Source of the DNA: Raillietiella orientalis | Taxonomy: Eukaryota | DNA: 64,000 bases | Direction of reading: 5' to 3' | NCBI GenBank assembly: GCA_036172245.1 | Contig: JAYWIR010000003.1 | Span: 6,634,001 to 6,698,000, forward strand | Shown: positions 35,161-46,373 of the stretch, piece after piece | How positions within the stretch are numbered: the first letter of the stretch is position 1 | How the letters are laid out: each line of letters opens with the position of its first letter | The notes under the pieces: generated by a model | The model's database searches: none | Seen by the model: the letters and a program-made list of their open reading frames with translations, nothing else | Told to the model about the DNA's origin: nothing | Program-made: the position numbers and the translations under genes

Positions 35161-37429
35161 CGCCGCTCACCTCCTCCTTCCACCTGGGGCTCGAGCTGCT
35201 GCTTCCCGCCGGAAGGTGGGGCGGGCGGCGGGATCGGCAGGAATTCGAAATCCGTGGCGACCCAACTGTGGCAAGAGACGACAGCCCGAGTGCCCTTCCG
35301 AAAGCTTGGAAGGAAACGCAGACAAATTAACCCTCCCCTCCCTCCTCCCCCTCCTCCTCCTCCGTCTCCAGACAACAATGAGGGTGCTCCCTTGTTTTGT
35401 CGCAACGCCTCCGCCCGTTGCTGGGAGACACACACCTGCAGGGTGAAAGGAACTGTCGCCTCCGCCGTCGTCGCAACTCTGGGCGTTGCGTAGGGACGGA
35501 GAGGGAAGGGGGGGGGGGGGGGAAAGAAACGTCTGCGCCGATTCTTCTTCTTCTTCTTCCCCCGCCTTCCTTTCCGGGACTTCTTCCGTTTCGCGCAGCG
35601 GCGGGGCGACCCCTTCGGGCTCCCAAGGGTGTGTCCACGGAGCCTCCCTTCGCCCGCGTCCGCTGCCGCCAGTTTAGCATTTCCTGCGTCCCGGGGCGGC
35701 GCGCTTGTGAGGGAGAAAGGGAGGGCGCAACTCGTCGCAGTGGACCACCCGCTTCGTCACCACCATTCGCCGACGCGCCTGGAGCGCACGGCACGCGTTC
35801 CCGGGACCGGGACGGCGCTCGCGCGCGCGAGAAGGATGGAGAGGTGTTCCCGCTCGCGTTTCCTGACGTCCCTTCGCCCCGCTTGGCCGGTAGTAAATGC
35901 TGCGAGCGGAAACAGGCGGGGAGGGGGAGATGGCGAGGCCTCAGCGACCGAATTCGCAGCTTTCCGAGGTTGCCATGCGCACGTCCCTCTCTGGCGCAAG
36001 GAGCAGCCTCCGCATGCGGACGGATGCGTCTCTTCCTCGCGCGTCCTCGTCGCAGCCCGAGACGAGAAAGCGACGGAAGGAGGATGAAGGAGGAGCTCTT
36101 GCCCCGGAAAGGGGGGAGGGGGGGACGCGCCCCTCTTGGGGCGTGGGGGAGGAGGAACGCGGAGAAGCGCAGCAGCGGGCGCACCCGCCGCGCTTCCTCG
36201 TCATGGCGACGTGCCGCGGGAGAGAGAGATCGCTCGAAGGTCAGCCTGTCCTCCTCCTCCTCCTTCCCCACCTGCATCGTCATCGTCGCGGGGGCCATCG
36301 GAAAGAGAACTTTGGGTGGGGATCCGAGAGAGCCCCTCCCCTCCCCCCTCCTCCGTCCATAAAGGAGGAGGCCGGCGGGTAGGAAGGAAGGTGGCGCGCG
36401 CGCGGAGGGAGCGACGGGGGTGCGTCCCCCTGCGCGCCCACGTCACCCCTGCGTATCGAAATTCGCAGCGTTACTCTCTGCCCGCGGCAGCACCCCGCGT
36501 GAGTCGCCCGCCGGTGGGCATGACACCTCAACCGGGCTCACGCGAGGTGCGCGGGTGTGCGTAAGCCGCAGTTGCGCATAAATACGATCCTCCCGGGAAG
36601 CAGGTGTTCCCCCGCGTCGCCGAATCACGCGCGCGTAAAACGCCAAGGAGTCCTGAAAATGCTCGCCACTTTGCGCGAGGTTCCTGAACCTGATCCCGCG
36701 ATCCTCCCTCGGCTCCTTTCCCTCTTCCCCGCCCCCCCCCCCCTTCGGGAAAACTTTGGGAGAGGAAAGGGTGGCAGGAGACTCACTTCCTTTCGCGCTT
36801 CCGGATGTTTGGATCTTCCTCTTCGGTGTTTCACGAAAGCGGCGGGGGAAAACGCTCGCACGTCCTTGGCCTTTATCAGCAGAAGCATTTTTTTTTTTTT
36901 TTTTTCTTTTCCCCCTTAATTTTCTTTTCGCAGCTGCCTTGCGAGAGGAAGGTTTCCTAGGAAACCGTGCAAGCAAGAGCAAACGAAAGAAGGTGAAGCA
37001 AATTGCTATTTTTGGAATCAGTGCATTGTTGCGCACCCTCCCCCCCCCCTTCCTCCTCCTCCTCCTCCTCCGAGGTAGGCTCGCTGCGTGAAAGTTTCCC
37101 TGGAAACCGCGTTAGCAGAAGCTTTGCGTCCGCTCCCTTGGAGTTGGCAAGTCCAAGCTCCCAGCGCAGCCTCCCATAGCACTGCGAGAACTCCAACTGC
37201 TGCTGCTGCTGCTGCAAAATAGGAGTGTGGGACGAGCAGATTTCTCAGGCAGAGAGCCCCCCCCCCCCCCCTTCCTTCCTCGGCGGGTCCTCAGCGCGTG
37301 TTGCCGTAGATCAGGTGCTGCCAGTTTCCTTCGCTGCGCATCTCGCGTGCGGTGGGGCACTACACGACGGCGGAGGGAGAACTCGGAGCTTCGGAGAGTG
37401 GGAGGAGGGAGGCGAAGAGGAGGAGAGGA

Positions 37430-38460
37430 ACGCTTGGGGAGACGGAGGGATGTTCCCGAGAGCACACTTGGAAGCAAGCGGAGGGTGGCTAGCGGTGGCC
37501 GGAAGCCATTTGCCAGGGCGCGACCGCGGATCGGATGGGAGGCTCCGCCCCCTCGCCACGCCGCTCGCAGGCGCCTGCTTCGTCTTGCCGAAGGGAGAAC
37601 ACGACGACCGCGCGGAAGGAGGGACGCCGGCAGCAGCAGCAGCAGCCACGCCGCCTTTCGTGGTCCCGGCCGCGGGAGTGGCGACCACCGGCGTGGTCAC
37701 ATGAACTCGCTGTGTGTCGTTCGCTCGGTCGCCGATGCCGAGCGCTCGCAGAGGACGGAAAGTGCGCTCGTCACTCGCCGTGCGACGCACAAGTTCGCTC
37801 GCTGTTTCACCTCGGGGGGGGAGGGGGGGGAGAGGGTCGCAGACAACCACTCCTGCGGAACCCGGAGAGCGCGCGCGCGGTTTGTGTCCTCGCCCGTCAG
37901 GGAGGGGAAGGCCCTAGCCGTGGGCTCCTGCGCAAGGGCGGCGTTCGGCCTTCCTCCGGAGGCGCTCCGCGACGACGGGGAGGTTGGCGATCCTGGCCAG
38001 CGGCGACGAGGACGCCCATCCACCACGCTCACGGGTGGATTTCCGGCCGGCGGCTGCGCCCCTCTCAGCGCGCGGCGGGCGACCTCACGGGGCTGGCGGC
38101 GCCAATCCCTCTCGGAGGCGGACGCGTGCAGCGCTCCCGGAGGTCGCGGCAAAGGTCGCGCAGGCGCGGGTCGTGGCCGCAGGAGAAGGCGGCCCATGGC
38201 CCCTCCCTGGGTGGGGTTGTCGCTGCTCGAGACGGCTAAGGGGCGCGGCAGTCCCCCCCCCCCCCTCCCATCGCCGCCTGAGACGCTGCCACACCGGCGA
38301 ACCGCCGTCCGCGAAGAGCTCCACCTGGAGGCTGGAAGGGAGGTCGGAGGTGACCCGAGAGGCCGGCACGCCTGCCCGTGGGAAGACTGCGGACCGGAGC
38401 TTCCAGCCTGGAGGCGCCCGCGCAGCAGCCCAGCGAGCGCGGCTCTTCCGAGGAGGCCGG
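37430..38460 (+). mobile_element. Decayed RT-core fragment of an L1/Tx1-like element (copy G)
   Basis: Collinear motifs FVLPKGE, REWRPP, ADAERSQRTESALVT…HKF, ERVADN, FVSSPVREGKALAV, AFGLPP, GWRRQSLS and CPWEDCGPELP follow the non-LTR RT domain order, with deletions. Confidence 0.6.
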
Positions 38461-38593
38461 ACGGGCCTGACTGAATCCCGTGGCAGACGGACGTCGTCAG
38501 TGCGGATCTCCCCGTCTTGGCGGGTGGCTCAGAACGCCGCAGGGAAAGGAAATCCCGCCCGTGAGCCGCAGTCCTTCGCAAGTGGTTTGTCGT

Positions 38594-39720
38594 CCTGTCA
38601 CGTCGGGGCGTTTATTAAAAAAAAAAAACAAGAAACATACAAGTGTAGGGCCATCGGCCCTACAACTTTCCAAAATGTTCGGAACCTGCCGAGTGACCTG
38701 CAAGCAGGCAGGCGAGCTTCGCCTCGGCAGCGAAGGGGAGGGGCAAACAAAAATAAAAAGTCTATAGAAAGAAAACTCTGGGGGCACAGGTAGAGATCGC
38801 TGTGCGCTGGAGGGCGTTCCCTGCAACCTTTCCAGGATGCCGGCAAGTTCCATCCGAGTATGCCCCAGGTGGGGTCATCTAGCTGCCATCCTCATGGAGC
38901 TCAGGGCGAAGCAGATGGCTTCCCTCTCGTTCCGTCCTCCCCTCGTGTAGCTCCAGGTCACCACAATCCCTCGTAGGCTGCAAAGAGCTGCTGGGGATGC
39001 GGCAGGCGAAAGAACATCGTGCACGCAGAGGCGCTTCAACACGTCTCTGGGATTGTCCTTTGATGCCCCAGGGGACGTTGGCAACCACAGGGGTCGGAGG
39101 GCAACACAGTGTACGAGCAGGTGCGGGAAGGATTCCCGTTCCTCGCACCTGCAACAGTTTGGATCCACAGCCTCCCGGGTCCAGTGGGAGCGGCAGGCGT
39201 TTCACGGGAAACCGCAGTGCAACAGCAGGTTCGCCGACTGCTGCCACTTCAGGGGGAGGGCCCGGTGGTTCTTCAGTGCTGGGGGCTACCCGAGGTCTCC
39301 CAGCAGCTCATTCCAGCGCAGTAGTCCTTTCGGTGGGGCACTTGGGGTCGCAGCGTCTGGATGAACTGGCCTGTGGACCAACCACCTGATTCCTCCGTCC
39401 GAAGACCCGTTTCGCAACTGACCTCCCATTTGGGCGGCTGGTTACTGCCCAAGAGCTCCCTGAGGGAGAACAGTGCCGCGGCTAGGGAGGTTCTTTGCGC
39501 CCGCGCACGCGTGGTGGGCTGCACGATGACACGCTGCAACGAGTGGTTTCTGTAGAAGGAGCTCAGCAGTCGCTGCCGCATCTCCGGGCTCTCTTCCTTG
39601 TTCCTGGTCCACGTGCGAACGGTCTCCTGCAACCAGGCGCGACCTTCGCAAGTGGTGCCTTCCACACGCGTGGAGCCTTCCGCAAGAACCTTCCGCCGCG
39701 GTGAAAGCCCCACGCTGGCA
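38594..39720 (-). mobile_element. 3' portion of the same element in reverse orientation (copy H)
   Basis: ALPLKWQQSANLLLHCGFP, CCRCEERESFPHLLVHC (intact CCHC), REAICFALSSMRMAAR*PHL…MELAGILERL, and terminal aataaacgccccgacgtgacagg on the minus strand (38616-38594). Confidence 0.85.
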
Positions 39721-42700
39721 GCGGCCGCTCGCCTTCCGTGCCCGACTTCTTGCGCTCGGTGGTTAAGGCTTGCAGGCTTAAGGCGGTCGCCATCGCGGGG
39801 CGCCTCGGCTGGCGCGGAAGATGCCGGAGAGGCGCAGCCCTGTTCCAGCCCGTACGCTAGGCGGCGGGTCTTCTTCGTGCACAGTGTTGAAGTTCCTCAC
39901 CGTGACGAGGAGGCGCGATCTGGAGGTGCCGGGCGGATTGATCCTCGGCGCTTCTCTGTGCGTTTTTTTGAAAGAGACTCTGCCTCGTTCGTAAAAATGA
40001 ACCATCCAGATGAACTTCCAGATTCCCGCTACTGCTGCTGCTGCTGCTCGTTTCTCCGCCTTCATGGAGGTGCCTTTCGTGGTCACGGTCGTTCCCAGCC
40101 CGTTCTCGCGCACCCCCAGATCGTCGGGTGCGCCCGGTTTGTAACGCAAAGTTTGAACCTTGTCAAACGGTGATTTGGCCAACTCGCGTCCCGACTCTTT
40201 CCCTTTTCCTTTTTTTTTTCAAGACAGAACTTTGTGTCACAGCATCAGCTCTCCCCGATCGCCTCCGCTGCCACCCACGCTTTGGGAGAGCCCTGCCGCT
40301 CAGCATCCAGGGCAACTTTTCCTCCTGCCTCCCGAACGGAATTTCTCGTTGCGCAAGACGGTGGAGGCGTCCATTGCTGCCACCTCTTCAGAGCGCAAGT
40401 GTTGATTCAGGGCGGCGCCATGCGCGCCGGCAATCTGGCGGATTCTTGGCGCCGCGTCGCAGGGTTCCCGTCGATTCTTTGCGCCGACGCTGCTGCAAAT
40501 TTCGCACCGCTGCGGTTCGGATTAGAGCGAGTCCTTCTTGCGTCCGGTTTCTTCTGCGTGGTTTCCTGCGCGAGGGGGCTTTTGAGTTCACGAATGCCGT
40601 GACTGCCGCTTCGGCGGGAGCACAGAGCTCCACGGAATGTCTGGATCCTCTCTTGGTTCCACCACCATCACTGTGGCCTATCTCGTTGCTTCATTTGATC
40701 ATAGAGTCCTCCTGCTGGCTTCTTGCCGCTTCTTGGACGTTGCGCCGCAAGGACGGGGTCCGACGAACGTCACGAAATTTTGCGGCTATCACGTTGTCCG
40801 ATGGTGCACCTGACGATGCTGCGTCCCAGCCGTGACCATGCCATCTAGAGTTCTAGCCTCCGAAGGTGGCCGGCGCTGGCGCGAAGTGAATTCCCTTCCT
40901 TCAACTCAGGCGACGTCAGTTCTCCACTTCACTGGTGCGAACCGACGAGAGTTGAGCGTCTTCCTCAACCACCACGACGGGATGCGCCACCACTCTACAG
41001 CGCAGCGTAGCCGCGAGCATCTCGAAGCTCGCGATTCCGGCGATCATCTCTCCATCCCATAAAGGTAAATTTCGAACGATCTTCTCCTGTTTAATCTGTC
41101 TCCCCTCCAGGATTCTCAAGTGTCGGGATTTTGGCGAAAAATTCCTCCCCGATTCAGCACTGGGCGTAAGAGGGTGGAGGGAACCACCAAACCTACAAGG
41201 AGGAGGATGTCGTCTTCCACACTGCATGTCTCAGGGTGCACATGCCGTAACAAGGAGGCACATCAGACGTGCGCCGACGACAAACAGGAAAGCGTGTATC
41301 TCTGAAACGCAGTTCCATCAAGTCCGATTGGCCTTCCCTCTCGAAGAGACCAGGACAGGCTCCCTGGTGTCCGGAATCCAATCCTGTTGGCAAACGCAAG
41401 AGTGTCCTAGCTCGAGGATAGATACCCGGAAGCATTTATGCCTGAGCATGATGGTGAATGAGAATCAAACAGACCCAGTCCCGTGGATTACACCTACCAG
41501 AACGGAGGAGTCAAGGAGACGACGGGACGTGTTCCCGGTGCTTCCCCACACAGACTGGAGAGTCGCCTTTCCTGAATTCCGCCAAAAATCAGCGGGCCGC
41601 TGGGAAAGTGGCCATATGAAGCTGAAACTTGCGGTTCCTACATGCGTCGAAAGCAGATTCTTTCAGCAGCACCAGCCCGCGCTTGCAGGGTGCTCCCGAG
41701 AGCAGTGAGAAAGAGCTCGGTGGCGGGATCTTTTCCCACCAGAGTCCGCGGTCGGTTGGATGCTGACGAGTGTTACGAACACACCTACAAAGACGCCAGC
41801 CTGATCTCGTTAGCCGGTGGTGAAATTCTTCTGTGGTAACCGAGTTTGCCTCCAGAGAATCCTGGATGTCTCCCCTCAGGCCAGATGGATCGTGTCGGCG
41901 TTTTCTACGATGATGTGGACCATGAAGGCGAGCACAGCAGGATGCTGGCGGCTAAAATTTTAAAAGAATTGCAAACTCTATTTCAGACTTCTGAGGACGA
42001 ATCACTCAGAGGGAATCACGGTCAGTACGTGAAAAAATATGTGGTAGGTAATGAAGACAGGGGAGGCTGAAAAGATCCGGCAAATTGGCAGAGGTGGAAA
42101 GAGTGCGCGCGCGAGAGAGAAATGTACTGAAGAGAACGAAAGAGCATCACTTTTAGACGAATGTAGAAAGAAACGACGCAGAATAAGCAAAGAGCTCAGA
42201 TGAGATGAATTTAAAAGCAATGAGGATGACCTCTCAAGTGGGTGCATCTCGTGTCCCAGTGCACATCGTTCGAGGTGACCGACTTGATTCCTTGCCCCTC
42301 GGTCTTCAAATCTCACGGGCTGCTTGAATCTTATCAGGCCTTCCCTCAACCCTCCCCCCCCCCCCCCAAATCAAAGGGAGTTTCCGCTTTTCCTTTTTGG
42401 CTGCAACCTCTCTCCCTTTCAGAGCGCGCACCGATGTCTCCACCTGACGGCGACGTTTCGTGTTCTTTTTGTTACTGCCTGCACAGCATCTACCTTGGCT
42501 TCCCATCGCCAACACCCATTCGACCTGAGGATCAGTTTATCGGAGTTGGGAACCGATTCCTGCCCATCCGATTGGTGGGTTTTTTCATCTCCCCATCTCA
42601 AGCAGGAGAGGAACACCAAAGAGTCTTGACAAAGAAAGGGAAGAGGGGAAATTCTGATCTGGGCCATCGGGAGCAAAAATTCTTCTCAGCAACGCTGATC

Positions 42701-44692
42701 GAAAAGTGAGCAACTGTGGAGGGCGGACAGCGAACTCTTCCTCTGCTTTTTCCTTGAGGTTCCTTTTTGGCTTCCAGCAGCTCACCGCACCCTATGGGAA
42801 GGGACTCCGTGTTTTCAATGGCTTTCTACAAATACGCCCTGAAGCTGTTTATGGAAAAGAGAGACGACTTCCTCATCAGCCCCCACCGAAAACGGAAGGC
42901 CTCTTCGGCAATCGTTCGCCTCCAGAAGGAAACGAACGGTGCCCCGGTTCGTAGCCAGCAGCGAGGCAGCATATCCCGGCATTTGCGGAAAATTTCAGGG
43001 TCACTGGGAGAAGCTGCACATCATACAACCAGAAATCCATCCCAGGATGAAGATTTCTCTGATCAGGGCACCAACAGCTAAGAGAGCAGTTTCAGGATTT
43101 GCTCTTAGCAACAGTTGCATGGTCGAACGATGGTGATGGCAGAATCTCTCTCATCTCCGCTTCAGGTCCTCCACTGTGTAAACTCTCCCTGTTACTCATC
43201 GCAGCAATCAGCCCCATATCTCTCACATGGAGGTATGATTATCGGAGAGGAGAGAAAAAAAAAAAAAAAACAGCGTGTCCGACAAAATGGGAATCTGCGT
43301 TCCGTTATCCGGATCACCAGTGTTAGAAGACGTTTGGATCAGCTGGTGAAGTTCGCGCGTGCACGCTGCTTGGAGCACGATCTTGTTTTCACGTTGTCGC
43401 CTCCGAGCCTGGGACCGAAGGGCCGCAAGATGCGGAGCTGTGGCGCTAGGGGCAACGGGTTTTCCACGCATTTCGCTGGCTTCCGGAAGGAAACGTGCGG
43501 GGGGCAGTCTCGCAAGTTCCGCTTTCCTTCCCAAAGCCAGTGGCAGCAGCGTCCTGCCAGGAAAACGCGGGTGCATGTCGTGGAGTTGAGGACAAATATC
43601 TGGGAGGCGCCCGTGAAACAAACACATGCTTCTTTCCCCCCCCCCCCCCCGTATCCCGCTTTCATCTCTGAAAAGACTCTGCGGAGCCCAGACCCAACGA
43701 TGGAACGTCTCCCCCGAAGACTTCTTCTTGAGCACTTTCCGCAGTCGGTACGGAACAGAGCGCAGCCGAAGAGCAGCGTGTGTGCCCGTGATGAAACATC
43801 CGCTTCCGCGCTGTTGCTGATGGAATCACGCCAATGCGTTGCTTGCATGCCGTCTGAGAGATTGTGACGGGTCAGATGAAGGTCGCAGTACCTACCGGAA
43901 CTGGACTGGATCAGCGTCATCCACGGGATGATAACACTCGAGTAGAATCGCGCGAAGGTGTTTCCTTATCGGACTTTGCAGGAGGATCCACCGGGTGTTG
44001 CACAGGGTGTTTCCCGAATAGATGCACAGTGGGCTTGTCTCCTTGGCTTAGCTGGCACCATGCCTCAAGACGCCATCGCTTTTAAGGATACACTCCCAAA
44101 TGCGAAGTTTGCCGCATTCCCGGTGAGTTCGGAGGGGCTGCCTCTGGACCGATCTGATGCCAACGCGTTCTTTTTGCGGGACCGACCTTCGAACGGCAGC
44201 TCGCAGAACTCCGAAGCGTCCCGCCCGCGATCCACGACCCCAGTCGTCCCCAGGTCTTCCAAGGGCTCCCTCTCCCGACGAATATCTTCCTGCCAACATC
44301 TCAGACTGTGCTCCTCTTCTGAATGATGCTGGATTTCGAATCTCACGTCTACCAGTTCCGAACGTCGCGTCTTATTCGACTTCTGAAATTGGAACGGACC
44401 GTTGAAGATTTCCGACTTCCCAGCTTCGTCGCTAGAAGGCAGTGAATTTCCTGGATAAGGTCGCATCTCAAGTTCATCTCGTCCTCTCCGAGCTGGTGAT
44501 AAATCGTAGCTGGGGGGATCCCAGCAGCAGAGAATGGAAACGCAATGGTGTCAACAGCCCGGCGCAGTGGATGCATCGAGAGGATTTGGCCACATATCCG
44601 GTGCCGTGCTCAAGGTGTGACCAGGTGTCCTTTTGGCAGCGGACATCGTATCTGGTTTAAGGTCCAGGTATTCGTCGTCTGGGACTTCCAGA

Positions 44693-45602
44693 TGCCCTTC
44701 TCCTTGCTCGACCTGCTTTCCCACCATCACCGCTCGTGATGTCCATAGGAGGAGGAGGAGGGGGAGGTACGAAACCGCAAAGACATGGCGCTGTTCAGCA
44801 AGAGGTAGCGACGGATCGAAATGAGATCGCAGTATGCTGCACACCACTTTTGGTGCGGCGATCGCAGCATCCTGGATGCTCCTTGGCCCCTTTTGTCCGT
44901 GCGGCGTTACCAACTGCTTGAGTTGGGACCTTCTGACAGCTTTTCCTGTAGGGCGTGCCGCTCTCGACACTTTCTCAGAATTCCTCCTCGGTGGGGAACA
45001 CCGCTTAGGGTGCTGCGTGTAAAAAATTTTTATTGCCCGAATTCGCCCGAGGAGAGAACTTCCAAGGGATCGGCGCGTGTGCCTTATTGCAGCGTGACCT
45101 TGTCCAGGTCGATCGGTTCCTCTGCTCCCTGTTTCTCCGCGGCGCTTCCCGCCTCCCCTCCTTTTCCGTGATCCCACAGAGCGCAGCGGCCTCCCGTCCT
45201 CCGCGGCAACCTGCATTCGGTCAAGAAAGTAAGACGAACGCTGCGGCGACCCGGGGATCTTCTAGAGATGGGGCTTCTCTGCTCCTCGCCCTGAAAGCAA
45301 ATGCATCTTTCCTTCCCGCACGCGTCCTCAATGCGCGGAGATTCATCAAGGAGAGGGGGAAAAAAAAAAAATTATCATCGGAAGTCAGCCCGGCAGATAA
45401 AATCGGAGGGAGCGCATTTCTTCGGGGTGGAAATTCGGCACACGAAAATTTAGGATTTTGAGTGCCTTTTTGGCTCGAAAAGCGTTGACACGGAGAACAA
45501 GCAGCCAGCAGGGGGAAATAGAAAGTAAGTGGCAGACACGCTGCTGCAGATTAGGTAATTGGGAATTTGGGGGGAGGGGGAGGGGGGATTCTTAATCGGC
45601 AG

Positions 45603-45633
<31 letters not shown>

Positions 45634-45820
45634 AAAAGAAAATCACCATTATGTCTTCGTCGACATGTCCAGCTGAACCCGGAATGGGCAACCTCAGCAG
45701 CCATTTTTCGCCCTCCGCCCTCTTGCTGAACAGCGCCATGTCTTTGCGGTTTCGTACCTCCTCCTCCTCCTTCTCTGGACATCACGAGCGGTGATGGCGG
45801 GTCGAGCAAGGAGAAGGGCA
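44693..45820. repeat. Inverted duplication: arms 44693-44805 and 45719-45820
   Basis: tgcccttctccttgctcgacc…ccatcaccgctcgtgatgtcca…gaggtacgaaaccgcaaagacatggcgctgttcagcaagagg recurs as its reverse complement about 0.9 kb downstream, with small indels. Confidence 0.9.
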
Positions 45821-46331
45821 CTCAGACGCCACCTGAATTTGTCTTCCAGTTTACGTCTACCGGTGTCCAGCAAAAGCTTCCAAGCCAGCAAGGTGGCGAA
45901 ACAGCCGGTGTTCGCCGCTGTCATCACGCGGAAGCTGGTCAACGCAAGGAGAAAGACACGGCAACAAGAAGCTGCTGACCCGTGCGGGTCGAATTCCTTG
46001 AACTCAGCTTATGGGAGCGGGTCAGTTCAGCGAGCCCGACGGAAAGTTCGTTCCGGTCCAGGCAGCGGCGTGGAGCATCTTAGATAGGAGCCGTGCCGTT
46101 CGCAGACGGCAACAAGGAACATCTCTGGAGCATCTCTTCTTGCGCGTCCAACACGGCTGCCGATGCTCCTGCAGTCACTTTCCTCCGCCTCCACGTTCCC
46201 ACCTTGGGCGAGGCGGGAAGCAATTCAACCTTGTGGACAGAGCAGCCACAAGCTGCTCTTGCGCGGCAGAGTGGATGGGTCCCTTTCCTTCTTCGGGATG
46301 CAGAAAGAGACATTGGGTTGTTCATCCCAGC

Positions 46332-46373
46332 GCACCTCGAAGGTGATGTCTGATGCCTCACCTTCGAGGGTGC
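46332..46373. other. Short hairpin (about 15-bp stem, one bulge, 11-nt loop)
   Basis: gcacctcgaaggtga…tcaccttcgagggtgc. Confidence 0.7.

Noticed and set aside
4519..38800. Numerous long ORFs (300-700 aa) in the ORF track
   Set aside because: They are Arg/Pro/Gly/Ala-rich, overlap in several frames, cross homopolymer runs and show no domain. This is the expected artefact of very GC-rich DNA.
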